From a virus (lineage: Duplodnaviria; Heunggongvirae; Uroviricota; Caudoviricetes): DNA of 64,000 bases. The translations under genes were made by a program, and so were the position numbers. Positions 1-10,812 of the stretch are shown here, in pieces; position 1 is the first letter of the stretch; the number at the start of each line of letters is the position of its first letter. The notes under the pieces are model-generated. The model was not told the DNA's origin and made no database searches. It saw only the letters and a program-made list of their open reading frames with translations. The stretch lies in the IMG/VR virus record IMGVR_UViG_3300042934_000212. One strand, 5' to 3'.

Positions 1-119
1 AGAATTTTAGATAATTCAATTGGCTCAACATTATTTTCAAATTCTAATACTGAAACTAATTGTTTTGCACGACCAACAATACTCATGTGTACCTCTCAAT
101 TAAAAAAGGGCTTTCGCCC

Positions 120-587
120 TTAGTCTAGAATAACTTCTTCAGTACCTTTACGTTTAGGAGCAGATGCTTCCTGAACTGGAACTGATTCGTTTGAATCCAG
201 ACTTTGTTCAAGTTTAACTACACGCTTGAACGTTTTGATTTTTGGTTTGTAGCAAGACCATTCGTTACTGTTAGATGCACCGTACTTAGCAAGGTTTGCA
301 TATGCATAGTACTTGTTACCTGTCCAGATTTCACCTGCTTTCTTACCAGTTTCTTTATCAGTGAATGACAATGATTTCTCAAGCCGTTGCACATCAAGAA
401 GACCTGCTTCATGCTTATCAAGAAGAAGATTGATTTTGGTATCAGCTTCTTCGTTGTAAGTCATCGATGACATTAAAAATTGTGCAACCTTAAGACGGTT
501 GGTTCCCATTGCTGATGTTACAATCAACATATACACAACGAAAACCGCCAAACAAGCTGCAACGCCATACAGAATATAAAGACCCAT
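120..587 (-). CDS. hypothetical membrane-anchored protein
   Basis: 155-aa ORF with an N-terminal hydrophobic helix and GGAG RBS; terminator-like hairpin at 103-120. Confidence 0.6.
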   Translation of the reverse strand: MGLYILYGVAACLAVFVVYMLIVTSAMGTNRLKVAQFLMSSMTYNEEADTKINLLLDKHEAGLLDVQRLEKSLSFTDKETGKKAGEIWTGNKYYAYANLAKYGASNSNEWSCYKPKIKTFKRVVKLEQSLDSNESVPVQEASAPKRKGTEEVILD

Positions 588-1284
588 TGTTAACTCCGTT
601 AAGAAATAATTTCGAGAATAACCTTTTCTTTGAGTTCGTTAAAGGTCAGTTGAAGACCTCGAATCTCATAGATAAGGTTCCACTTTAACTTAGAAACATT
701 AGCTTGATGTTTGGTTTCATCCTTGGACTTACCTTGTTTACCTTCCAGTACTAACCATTCTTCATTAAGAAGCTGAAGTTGTCCTTTCAGAAGTTGAATG
801 CGTTTGTGGAGGTTTTTCAGATCAGTTGCACTTTTCATGATATGTTCCCGTTTCTAACTTAAAAGATACCGCCAACTTAGTTGACGGTATTTCAAACTTT
901 ACGTTATATTTTTATTTTACTTAGTATAACGTGGCTTTTGATTTGCTTTGCGGAGTTCGTGAAGCTCGTTGTTTAGCTTCTTTTTCCAATCAAGAAGATG
1001 TGCGAAAAGAATCTTCTTATCGCTGTTTGCATATGGAGCTAAAAGCTCGTCTGCTTGAGCAATCTGGAACTTGATATAGTTCTCAGTACGCATGAATTCC
1101 TGGCGAGCGATTTCTGCGTCAAGTTCTTCGGTGCTCATATCAGCGATGTTCTTAGTCATAATCTTTTAATACCTTTTTATAAATTTTTAAATAGTAACTT
1201 CAAAATAAAGTTTACCGGAAATACGCTTTACATCCGTCGATGCTGAACATTATACTTAACTTTTTATTATTGTCAAGCACTTTT

Positions 1285-1776
1285 TCAATCTTCTTGCAAT
1301 CCGTAATCAAGAATTAATAGTTTATTGTTCTTAATTCCGATATTGCTTGTCTCTACATCGTAAATGATATTAGAAATTTCATCACGTGTCAAGCCACTTT
1401 TTAAAATATTTTCTACAAATTCCTGAACAACTTTAGGAAACGATTTGATGTAATCAGGGTCTTTCATCTCAGTCTGCATACGCAGACGATACATTAGCTG
1501 GTCGATGTTGCCAAACCTGCGGTTAGGACACTGGTCAATCGGTGTTATCCTTTCCATCACTATACGTGATTCTGAACTCATGTCAACGAATATTTTACAT
1601 AAAGGCAATGCATCGCCATACTTGAGAAAGGTCTTCAGCTCGTTCTTACACTGACCCACACCCCATGATTCGGGTAAGTCCAGGTTCTGTGCAATCTTCA
1701 CTACTATATCGTCGTTGATAGCGTAAACGTCTCTCGTTGTTCCGCAACCGATCATATTGAACATGGTATATCTCAT
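1285..1776 (-). CDS. Ser/Thr protein kinase-like protein
   Basis: IGCGTTRDVY Gly-loop, VVKIA lysine, KNE, and NIG...LILDYG (DFG-like) motifs. Confidence 0.65.
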   Translation of the reverse strand: MRYTMFNMIGCGTTRDVYAINDDIVVKIAQNLDLPESWGVGQCKNELKTFLKYGDALPLCKIFVDMSSESRIVMERITPIDQCPNRRFGNIDQLMYRLRMQTEMKDPDYIKSFPKVVQEFVENILKSGLTRDEISNIIYDVETSNIGIKNNKLLILDYGLQED

Positions 1777-1795
1777 TCAGTACTGCATCTCAATT

Positions 1796-1820
1796 AAAAA
1801 GGAGGGGCATATGCCCCTCC
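1796..1820 (-). terminator. rho-independent terminator
   Basis: GGAGGGGC-ATAT-GCCCCTCC hairpin followed by a T-run on the minus strand, downstream of the adhesin gene. Confidence 0.75.
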
Positions 1821-1854
1821 GAGTGTTTCAACCTTTAGCTTTTGCTTTCGGGTA

Positions 1855-3348
1855 TTACCACTCCACGCTTGCACCTGCACCCCAAAGAACTTCAGATGCT
1901 GAGTTGGTGCTTGCGGATACCTTTGTTACGATATTGTGGTTGATACGGGCAGAGAAACCAACTGCCACCGCATTCTGACCATCATATCCACCAGCACCCG
2001 CTCCAACACTAAAGGTACTGTCCTGTGATACCTGTGGGATGTTAGCCATTGCACCAGCACCTGCAATGCCTGCACTTGCCAATTTGCGGTTATCCCCCAT
2101 ACGTTTATCAATATCAGAGAAACGCTTGTTGTTCTGCTGGTCAGTATTATTCAGGCGATTTTCAACACTACCGATACGTTGACTATTACTGGTAATACGT
2201 TCGTCGTGTTGCACTAACGTACTGTCATTGTTATCGATACGCTTACTCAATGCGGAGTCAGCACTTTTGCGTGACGCAGATTCAGTTTCAACAGAACGCT
2301 GAACAGTATTTACGGCGGCGGTACGGGTAGTACTTTCGTCCGAGATCTGTTTGGCTAATGCTTTGTCAGCATTTCCACGAGTTGTGGATTCCGACTGTAA
2401 GGCATTATCCTGACGTTGTTGGTCTTTCAAAAACGTATTGTTATCAACCTTAGTGCTGATCACAGCATTTTGCTGATTGTCAGTAATGGTCTGGTCAGAT
2501 TTGTTTTTGTCGATATTTCCTTGCAACATCTTATCGCCATTAACACGCTCGGATTGTTCGACATTAATAGCGTTACTATTGTCTTGTCCCAACCGAACAC
2601 CAATATCGGCGGTGTTTTGTGCGTTGATCGCATTGTTATTGGCGTTTTGACCAATTTCAATTGCGGTTTGAGCATTGTTACCTGCATTGATTGCATTGTT
2701 ATTTGCATTATGTGCCAGGTCTTTTGCTTCACCAACGCCAATCAATGCATTATTGGCAGTATTGTACGCGTCACTTGCTTTGTTAAAAGCATTATGACCG
2801 ATTTCTTTCGCTTCGTCTGCACCAGCTTGTGCGACAATCGCTTTATTATCTGCGTTCTGACCAATTACGATTGCAGTTTCTGCATTGGTCATTGCATTGT
2901 TCGCGGTGTTTTGAGCATCGCTGGCTTTATTAAAAGCGTCATGTCCGATGTTTTTGGCTTCTTCAACACCTGTCTGACGTTCACTGATTTCTTTTTGTAA
3001 TGCGTTATCTTGACGAACCCGATCTACTTCGAAAACGTTTTTATCAACTTTCGTATTCTTCAAGTCTTCAATACTTTTGGTATTATTGTTAACTTGAGGA
3101 ATTAAACCATAAACGGTTGATAAAGCGTTTCCGGCGGTTGCCCTTCCCTCAACTGCAATATCAAAAGCCTGCTTAGAGGTCAGCTTAACATCACCGATTG
3201 CAGTAGTATTTGCTGCAATTTTTACATCTTGAGCTTTATCATACGCAGTCGGTGTTTTTACACAACCACAATTAACATCATAATTAGCGGTTGCGTGTGC
3301 AGAAACTGAACATGCAATAATGGACAATCCAATCAATGTTTTTTTCAT
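1855..3348 (-). CDS. YadA-family trimeric autotransporter adhesin
   Basis: Signal peptide MKKTLIGLSIIACSVSAHA; Asn/Ala-rich coiled-coil stalk repeats (EAKxIGHxAFNKASDAxNTANNA x2); C-terminal YadA anchor (ASAGIAGAGAMANIPQ...GAGAGGYDGQNAVAVG...GASVEW). Start re-called at 3348. Confidence 0.9.
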   Translation of the reverse strand: MKKTLIGLSIIACSVSAHATANYDVNCGCVKTPTAYDKAQDVKIAANTTAIGDVKLTSKQAFDIAVEGRATAGNALSTVYGLIPQVNNNTKSIEDLKNTKVDKNVFEVDRVRQDNALQKEISERQTGVEEAKNIGHDAFNKASDAQNTANNAMTNAETAIVIGQNADNKAIVAQAGADEAKEIGHNAFNKASDAYNTANNALIGVGEAKDLAHNANNNAINAGNNAQTAIEIGQNANNNAINAQNTADIGVRLGQDNSNAINVEQSERVNGDKMLQGNIDKNKSDQTITDNQQNAVISTKVDNNTFLKDQQRQDNALQSESTTRGNADKALAKQISDESTTRTAAVNTVQRSVETESASRKSADSALSKRIDNNDSTLVQHDERITSNSQRIGSVENRLNNTDQQNNKRFSDIDKRMGDNRKLASAGIAGAGAMANIPQVSQDSTFSVGAGAGGYDGQNAVAVGFSARINHNIVTKVSASTNSASEVLWGAGASVEW

Positions 3349-3477
3349 TTTCCGTTTACCCTGGTGTGCCGCCTCGTTTGGCGTGGGGTAATAATAACGC
3401 ACCTTCAGTAATGCCGTCAATACATTTTTAAATATATTTTTAAAGTACTTAACCCAAATTTACATTTAAAAATAGAT

Positions 3478-3565
3478 TGGTGGGAATAGTCGGACTCGAA
3501 CCGACACGCCATCTCTGGCGGGGGATTTTGAATCCCCTGCGTACTACCAATTTCGCCATATTCCC
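3478..3565 (-). tRNA. tRNA-Leu(CAA)
   Basis: Cloverleaf with GGGGA-TTCAAAA-TCCCC anticodon arm, long variable arm and encoded CCA. Confidence 0.93.
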
Positions 3566-3595
3566 AAATACCCCCTATCTCTAGGGGGATTGTAC

Positions 3596-3955
3596 TTATA
3601 CTACTTTATAAGAGCTAACGTGCAGACGGTCGCCAGTGATTGGAATACCAGAGTGTTCACTAACGTACTCTGCTAAAGTTGCAAGTACTTTACTATCGTC
3701 TACAGTATATAGATGAAGCTTTGCAGTGAATGACTCTCCTGGTGCAGCACGGAATTCATAAACTACTTCAACGTTACTGTTTTCCTGACCAGTTGCATCA
3801 GCGAAAATCTGGTCTGGAGTTTTACAGTTTTTCTTTAATGGTGCCATCCATGCGATAACAGCAAACATCGCACCGAAGATACCTACAGGAACGTTACCCA
3901 AAGAAAAGGCAACCAATGTAACTGCAATAAAGAATACTTCAAAAAAATGTTTCAT
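3596..3955 (-). CDS. hypothetical membrane protein
   Basis: 119-aa ORF with hydrophobic N-terminus. Confidence 0.55.
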   Translation of the reverse strand: MKHFFEVFFIAVTLVAFSLGNVPVGIFGAMFAVIAWMAPLKKNCKTPDQIFADATGQENSNVEVVYEFRAAPGESFTAKLHLYTVDDSKVLATLAEYVSEHSGIPITGDRLHVSSYKVV

Positions 3956-3964
3956 TATTAATCC

Positions 3965-4399
3965 TTAAAATCCAGTAACTTTGAATTCACGACTTTCATC
4001 GTCAAAATACAGTACTTCACCAAGTGATGCGGCTGCTGCACATGAACCATCAGTAGTTGCATCGCCAGTGCCTTCTACCGATACACGAATACCATCAACG
4101 ACGAAGGTCATATTATAACCATCAACTACTAGTTCATTTTCAACTAGAGTTTTAGAATCAGATTCTTCTTCATCATCTTCATCTTCATCCCAATGTTCAT
4201 CCCAATCGTCATTTTCATTCAAACGCCACATATTGGCATCAAGGAAAGTAACGATTTCTTCAATACGTTCAGCCTTTTCTGGTGCAATTTTCACTTCAAA
4301 GTGCTTTGTAGTATATGCGTCGGCATCACCATGCATAAACTCTAACGCAATTACAAGAACGTTCTTTTTTGGTGTAACTGGAATTAGTTTAATAGACAA
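3965..4399 (-). CDS. hypothetical acidic protein
   Basis: 144-aa ORF packed in the minus-strand operon. Confidence 0.55.
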   Translation of the reverse strand: MSIKLIPVTPKKNVLVIALEFMHGDADAYTTKHFEVKIAPEKAERIEEIVTFLDANMWRLNENDDWDEHWDEDEDDEEESDSKTLVENELVVDGYNMTFVVDGIRVSVEGTGDATTDGSCAAAASLGEVLYFDDESREFKVTGF

Positions 4400-4667
4400 C
4401 TTAATTACCTTCTTTTTGTTTAGGCTCGGAATGATATTTCAAATTACCATTCTTATCTTTTGCAGTGTAACGATCATAGGTAGTTGCATAAACTGCCTTT
4501 GACGATTGTTCACGTGCAACCGCTGGGTCAACGAAAGTTACATCAGTTTTGATGTAATCCTTGAATTCTTTTTTCTTTTGTTCGAAAACAATAGAAGTAC
4601 GTTCGATGAAGTAATAAAACTTCATAGTACAACCTAATAGAAAGTTAAACATATAATCCTCAGTAAT

Positions 4668-4791
4668 TGGCGGCGAGTACTGGATTCGAACCAGTGACCA
4701 CGACATTAAAAGTGTATGAGTTGTGTTTGCTGCGGGAATCCTATCAGGAATCCTGGGTTTCTACGTGCTCTACCAACTGAGCTAACTCGCC
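4668..4791 (-). tRNA. tRNA-Lys(TTT) with a 48-nt insertion in the anticodon stem
   Basis: Acceptor GGCGAGT/ACTCGCC+GCCA with canonical D and T arms. Removing 4716-4763 gives CGACA-CTTTTAA-TGTCG. Confidence 0.85.
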
Positions 4792-4797
4792 AATAAT

Positions 4798-5157
4798 TTA
4801 ACTACGATTCGGGCGTGAATTTTTAATTAACTCAACACCAGCATCATTGCATTTTTTAACATTCTGTTCGTACAGACTATCAACAACATCTGTATCTGAA
4901 CTGTGAAGGTAAATCTGTTTCAGATTTGGAAACATATCACGTTTAAAACGATATGTCATCATCGTTAGAATCTGACCGCCAGTACGTGCACCTGAACCAG
5001 CCAAGAAGTTATCCAGATGAACCACTTCAATTTCTGAAGCATTGTCAAAGATAAAGTTCTTTGCTTCCCACCACTCTTTCAACCAAACGATACCTTCAGA
5101 TTGTTCAGTACTAAGATGGTTAACTGGATTGCGAATGTCATCTACATATACTTTCAT
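4798..5157 (-). CDS. cyclic-phosphate-processing receiver-like domain protein (paralog 1)
   Basis: MKVYVDDIRNP...EVVHLDN...IYLHS pattern; near-duplicate of the adjacent gene. Confidence 0.6.
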   Translation of the reverse strand: MKVYVDDIRNPVNHLSTEQSEGIVWLKEWWEAKNFIFDNASEIEVVHLDNFLAGSGARTGGQILTMMTYRFKRDMFPNLKQIYLHSSDTDVVDSLYEQNVKKCNDAGVELIKNSRPNRS

Positions 5158-5519
5158 TCACGATTATCCAAACAGTTTTTAATCAATTCAACACCAGAAG
5201 CTTTAAGTTCTTCAAAGCATTCTACCATTAACTCATCAACCAAATCTTCATCAGAAGAATGAAGATAAATCTGTTTCAGATTAGGCCATGTTTTTTTATC
5301 ACCCCACATACAATCACCAGCAACCATAAAGAAAAGGTCTTTACCAGTGAGATCAGGTTCATCCATATAGTTATCGAAGTGAATGATTTCTATTTCAGAT
5401 GAATGAGTAATTAGGAAACGTTTGGCTTCCCACCACTCTTTCAGCCACACAATACCTTCTGATTGTTCAGGAGTTAGGTGATTAACTGGATTACGAATAT
5501 CATCAATAAAGACTTTCAT
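5154..5519 (-). CDS. cyclic-phosphate-processing receiver-like domain protein (paralog 2)
   Basis: MKVFIDDIRNP...IIHFDN...IYLHS pattern; ATGA overlap with paralog 1. Confidence 0.6.
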   Translation of the reverse strand: MKVFIDDIRNPVNHLTPEQSEGIVWLKEWWEAKRFLITHSSEIEIIHFDNYMDEPDLTGKDLFFMVAGDCMWGDKKTWPNLKQIYLHSSDEDLVDELMVECFEELKASGVELIKNCLDNRE

Positions 5520-5760
5520 TACGTACCCTTATTCACTTTTTGAAAAGCTCGTACTTGTTTATAAATCAAGAAGTCAATCATAACCTCTTCAGTGCTGAAA
5601 GTCAAGCTTTTTTTGGCTTAGGACGGATACTTTCATTATACAATCCACGATAACGAAAATAAGTACTGAACGAGCAACGACCGGTTTTATATAATTCTTC
5701 TATATCTTTATAAAAACCATACAAACGAGGGTTTTTACGTTTCATCACTTATTCCTTAAT

Positions 5761-5883
5761 TAGTGCAGGGAGATGGATTTGAACCACCGACACGAGGTTT
5801 TCATAAGAGGGATTTATGCTGGCAGAATTCATACTGAATTCATTTGTTTTCTATCCTCTGCTCTACCACTGAGCTACCCCTGC
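5761..5883 (-). tRNA. tRNA-Phe(GAA)-like gene with a ~50-nt insertion in the anticodon arm
   Basis: Phe-type D arm (GCTCAGTGGTAGAGC), GAGG/CCTC stem, GTGTC variable loop, T arm. TGAAAA follows the insert; the exact loop register is ambiguous. 3' end is CTA rather than CCA. Confidence 0.7.
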
Positions 5884-5890
5884 TATCATT

Positions 5891-6193
5891 TTACGAGTAG
5901 TTTACATAACCTTCATATTTTACATCAATTACTGGATGATAGTCATCATCTGCTAACATAACATAATTATACAAAATTGGAACATGTTCTTTCAAAGTAC
6001 GCATTAGTGATGCATTATCTTTGACAGTACTAATATCATGCAATTCAAATCCTACATGAAAATATGGATGGAATTCTGATTTTAGCGTTTCCAGTGCAGC
6101 CTCATCAGAAATACGAGTAGTATTATAGAAACGAATTACAGTACGTGAACCTTCTCCAGTTGCGAAGTAATTAAACATAAGAATACTTTTCAT
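5891..6193 (-). CDS. hypothetical protein
   Basis: 100-aa ORF coupled to the upstream ORF. Confidence 0.55.
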   Translation of the reverse strand: MKSILMFNYFATGEGSRTVIRFYNTTRISDEAALETLKSEFHPYFHVGFELHDISTVKDNASLMRTLKEHVPILYNYVMLADDDYHPVIDVKYEGYVNYS

Positions 6194-6410
6194 TTTTTAC
6201 CTTCAAGAAGATTCAATCGTCTTTTATAACGATCTATTGTTTTTTGCAGTTTGTGTTTTTCTTTAAGCTGCTGTTCATAGGTTTCCAGTTTAACATACTT
6301 ACCTTTAACTGTTTTTTCCATATCAGGATAATGGTATGTTAGTTCATCCCAATTGTCATATTCTTTTTTAACCACTGGATTGTATTTCTTTACCATGATA
6401 CTACCCCAAT

Positions 6411-6522
6411 TTGTGCAAGGTGCAGGATTCGAACCTGCGTTACGTTCTTGAAATGAAATTGTGTATGCCGTAAGATTCCATCTGGAATCGCTTTCGTGTC
6501 CTAACCACTAGACGAACCTTGC
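6411..6522 (-). tRNA. tRNA-Glu(TTC) with a 37-nt insertion in the anticodon stem
   Basis: Glu-type D arm (GTCTAGTGGTTAGGAC). Removing 6458-6494 gives CGTTC-ATTTCAA-GAACG. Canonical T arm. Confidence 0.82.
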
Positions 6523-6833
6523 TGTATTAATTAGAGTACTGGCGGGTTAGAACCAATAAACATTTTAAAGTCGTAATCATACATATAATCATTGAAATCT
6601 TCAATAGCCATGTCAATGATTTTTAAGTATTCAGTACTACCTGGTTGAACATCTACTTCAAAGTAGTATTCAGACATGTCAGTTGGATCAGCCTGTAGGA
6701 GACGAGCTTTACCATCTGCATATTCATTGTCTAATAGACGTTCATTTACTTCATACCACGATTCAGTTTCGTTATCATCTTTTGGTGCGATGGTAAGTAC
6801 ATTGGAACGTGCAACAATTACTAAACTAATCAT

Positions 6834-7100
6834 TTAATCTCCGATTGCAATTTCTTTAGGCACAAATTCAAAATATCCATTAGCATTAAGGATCTTTACA
6901 ACTTCATCACGAACAAGTTCACTGAAACGACTTTCACGATATTGAATATAGTCGTCGTGTACTGATTTAATCGCATTGAAGCCCGACATATGTTCGCGTA
7001 ATAAAGCTAACATTTCAAAAACATTAGGTGACATTTCTGTACCTAAAAATAATGAAGTGTAAGGACAGCAATCATATTCTCTTAAGTTTAAAATTTTCAT
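6834..7100 (-). CDS. hypothetical protein (tandem paralog A)
   Basis: MKIL...LF.G.E.SP...GY.E..P..I.IGD shared with 7100-7366. Confidence 0.6.
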   Translation of the reverse strand: MKILNLREYDCCPYTSLFLGTEMSPNVFEMLALLREHMSGFNAIKSVHDDYIQYRESRFSELVRDEVVKILNANGYFEFVPKEIAIGD

Positions 7101-7366
7101 CAGTCACCGATAGAAATAGAAGGTGGTTTATATTCATAATAGCCATGACCTTTAAGGATTGAATAGAACAATTCATTCAACTCTTGTTGTTCACGATAAC
7201 TACGGCAATTTGTTTGGAAACCTTCGTCATCAACGATAGGTTCTTCCATATAGGTTTTTAATTCTGCCAGTACTACACTTGGCTGTGGGGAAAGTTCCCC
7301 ACCTTTGAACAGTGTCTGTACCAAGCAATCAAAATCACCATAGGTGTTAATTGCTAAGATTTTCAC
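7100..7366 (-). CDS. hypothetical protein (tandem paralog B)
   Basis: Same length and motif pattern as 6834-7100. Confidence 0.6.
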   Translation of the reverse strand: MKILAINTYGDFDCLVQTLFKGGELSPQPSVVLAELKTYMEEPIVDDEGFQTNCRSYREQQELNELFYSILKGHGYYEYKPPSISIGD

Positions 7367-8049
7367 AAGTAATCCTTCGTCATGTCATAGACTGCGGAAT
7401 TCAGTTCAGAGAACTTTACTTTCCACGGCTGATAGTATTGTTGGAGTAGTTGATCTTTTTTGAACAACGCTTCAAGTGCATTTACTGCGTACTTCAAATC
7501 TTCCAGTAGTTTATCTTTCACCTTCTGGATATATTCTGGCTTGATATTAGCAAAGCCCATTTTGTACGCAACTTCAAATTCACGATAAGAAGCACCCAAA
7601 TCCGCTAACGGATTCTTGATCTTCTCAGGAAAACAGAAGCGATAAACTTCTTCACATGTTTCCTTTAGACGTTCTTCAGCTTTTGCCTCTTTCCCGTACT
7701 TTTCGAAAAAGATTTCTGCTGGTGGATACGTTTTGGCATTTGCATACCATTGAACCAGTAATTCATTCATTTTTGATTACCTGAAAATTTATCAACGATT
7801 GCGGCAATTATTTTCTGCAAAATATCATTGGATACTTTTTCTTCCATTGGATCAGCTTTGCCGGTCTGCAAATTAATGCTAATGGGTGATGGTGGAATAA
7901 TAGTTGTTCGTTCCCATGTACCATTAGAAATCGCTTTGCTGATTATTTCTTCAAGTTCTTTAATCACACGAGGATCAAATACCGAATGTTCCAGGTGAAT
8001 CACGATTTCCTCAGTACTTGCAGGAATTGTAAAATGATAAAACTTACGA

Positions 8050-8868
8050 TCATTCATTACCATAATCCTTATCACTAACACCAGGAATGGATGCATAGTC
8101 TTCTACGTTGGTAGTCTGCATGTCCAGTATAACTACGCCTGCACCTTTTTCCTTTACAAACTCGGTACTTGCATAGATAACTTCCATCATTTCAGTCCAC
8201 TTGTCGTAATTAACAGTGTATTCAGTTCCGTAGAATTCCCAGCGACTGAAACTACCATTAATAAACCCAATGAATTCGCCTTTCCAAAACACATTGATAG
8301 TACGATTGCCATATTTGGTATCATAACCATCAACATCATTCCACACAACTTTAAGGTCGAGATCCTTTGGCTGGTTTTCATTGTAACCGAACCAGCTCTT
8401 AAAATCCATGATCATATCAAAGTTACGATCATACTGTTCCGGTTCTAACCCAAAGAACTTACAAAAAGAATCAACCAATACATCAAAATCAGATTTCATG
8501 ATTTCAGGTGCATCAATTAGTTGTGACCAGTGTGGTACACTAAGTTCAATCGGACTAAATGCAGAAGTTTCGATTATCAGCGATTCTTTTAGTACCGAGA
8601 AATCAACTTCCTTAGATGAAATGAATTCGCAGTTGTTTTTAACTTGTTCCATCGCCAGTGCTGCGGTTTCTTCACCAAACGCATGTTTAGTATTATCATT
8701 AGAGAAACCTACAAGTACTTCAATCGTATCTTTACGTGTTAGGTATGGATAGACTACAAAGAATTTAAATTTAGCAATACGACGATTGAAATTTTTAACC
8801 AGATTACGGCGACCGTTTTTTGTCATCGTAACATAACCATCAATAATTTTCTGTTCCAAATCGCTCAT
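8050..8868 (-). CDS. hypothetical protein
   Basis: 272-aa ORF preceded by a TTGACA-N17-TATAGT promoter (~8905-8933). Confidence 0.65.
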   Translation of the reverse strand: MSDLEQKIIDGYVTMTKNGRRNLVKNFNRRIAKFKFFVVYPYLTRKDTIEVLVGFSNDNTKHAFGEETAALAMEQVKNNCEFISSKEVDFSVLKESLIIETSAFSPIELSVPHWSQLIDAPEIMKSDFDVLVDSFCKFFGLEPEQYDRNFDMIMDFKSWFGYNENQPKDLDLKVVWNDVDGYDTKYGNRTINVFWKGEFIGFINGSFSRWEFYGTEYTVNYDKWTEMMEVIYASTEFVKEKGAGVVILDMQTTNVEDYASIPGVSDKDYGNE

Positions 8869-8937
8869 TTTTTTAGCCTTAAGCTTCTCAATTAATAGAA
8901 CAGCACTATACCAGTAAAAGCAAGTGCTGTCAAGAAC

Positions 8938-9396
8938 TTATGCTATTTTATCGATAGCATCTAGATCATAAATCTGCTCGGTGCCAGGAACGTCTGACGC
9001 AGAAGTAAAGATAAAGTTACCTGCTGGTGTTTCTTCGAAACGCTGACCAGGATGTGAGGTTAAGTAACGATTTTCCTCACCGTCAGGCCAAAGAATACCA
9101 ATAGTTTTAACAGTACCGTCTTCGTAGTTAATTTCAAAGGCAGTAAGATCTACGCCTTTCAAACGCTCTTTCCAATCATACGAAGATGCAAAACTTTCCT
9201 GAGCAATAATTTCTGCTGTTGGATATAATGCAATACCAAACAATTCACGATTGTCATCGTCGAATACCATTTCAGTATTCTCAAATTTAAAGTTACGGCG
9301 TTGGTCTAATTCAAACCAAAACACATGTTTAATATCGAATGTTAGTACTTCGCAGTTTTCTGTTACTAATGTAATACTTTTGATCTTATCTGTCAT
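8938..9396 (-). CDS. hypothetical protein
   Basis: 152-aa ORF with AAGGA RBS. Confidence 0.6.
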   Translation of the reverse strand: MTDKIKSITLVTENCEVLTFDIKHVFWFELDQRRNFKFENTEMVFDDDNRELFGIALYPTAEIIAQESFASSYDWKERLKGVDLTAFEINYEDGTVKTIGILWPDGEENRYLTSHPGQRFEETPAGNFIFTSASDVPGTEQIYDLDAIDKIA

Positions 9397-10709
9397 ATTG
9401 TTCCTTATTTGATAAAGTAGTATACTACGCTTAAGCCAATAACTACTGCTACAGTAGATACAAGCTTCTTCAAATCATTCTTTCCGATACTTTCTGGATG
9501 TACCGCTTTATCAGTTTCTGGATCAATTTTAATAGACATTACGTACCTTGGATTCAGGAATTTCTTTTGGTTTATGAATAGATAGCTCTGCTATCTCAAT
9601 ACCACAATCATTATAGAATTGCACAGATTGAACATCATAGTGAACCGCCGATTGAACAACTTCAATGCAAGCATCGTCACTGTAATCTTTTAACAATTCT
9701 AACAGTTCACGTTTTGTCATAAAATTACCAATCGTTTAGGATATAAATTGTTTTACACTCTGGATTATCTGCAAAAAGCTTTTCAAAGATTTTCGTCAAA
9801 CCTTCAGATTCAAAGCTCAGATAATCACGACTGACAGTAGTGAAACCGGAACCATCTTGACCATAAAGACAATCAACTTGGCACATATCACATACGTCAT
9901 TCCATTCATAACCAAGCATTTCACCAACGGTATTAATATCACCAGTTTTAATGATATACTGCTGATCAATAATATATGGTTCAGACATTATTTTACCTTT
10001 GGTGCAGTACGTGCTGCATCATAAAATTTGTTTACGTTGTTACGATATGCAATAGCAGTATCGAAAGCTTTACTATCAATACCATCTTTCATTACGCGAA
10101 TACCATCTGCATCATATGAATAAAATTCTTTATTGATATGTGCAAGAACCGTAGTGCGGTGGCCTTTCAGCCGCTGAAGGTTCATTTTCTGTAGTACTTT
10201 ATCTTCTAACTGTTTCATTTTTTCACCGTTGTAATTAAACATTCATTGTTGAGGATACGCTTAAATTCGCCATCATCATCAACAAGTGTGATTTCATTTC
10301 TTTCGTAGTTGATTGTGTAAGTAGTAGCATATACATAACTATGACTCTCACAATCTAAACGAAAGTACTTCTCTGTTGGCTGGACCGTATAGGTATAAGT
10401 TTCCTGACTTTTATCTGCATAAGAACAAAAGCTCAAGGCCGACAGAACCGCTGCAATAATAATATTACGCACAAGATTCCTCATACAGTTCAGGACATTT
10501 GCTAATTGCCAGTAGTTTAAGATATTCACATTCAAAATGAGCATGACCATCTACGATAATGAAACGACTTCCGTTAGCAGGAATACATTCGATTTTTACC
10601 AGAATCTTTTTATTCTTATTATCAGTTTCAAGTGCAGTACCTAGCCAAACACCGTCCGGTACTTTGTCAAAACTACTACATTCTGTCCACATAGTTGAAC
10701 TCTTTTGTT

Positions 10710-10796
10710 TGGTACGGGTGATGAGATTCGAACTCACAAGACCTAAGTCTGAGGGATTTTAAATCCCTTGCGTACTACCAATACCGCCACACCCGC
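10710..10796 (-). tRNA. tRNA-Leu(TAA)
   Basis: AGGGA-TTTAAAA-TCCCT anticodon arm, long variable arm, CCA. Confidence 0.92.
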
Positions 10797-10812
10797 AATT
10801 TTAATTTATAAT

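Noticed and set aside
4716-6494. tRNA inserts as group I/II or canonical BHB introns
   Set aside because: Far too short for self-splicing introns, not at position 37/38, and no clear bulge-helix-bulge seen.
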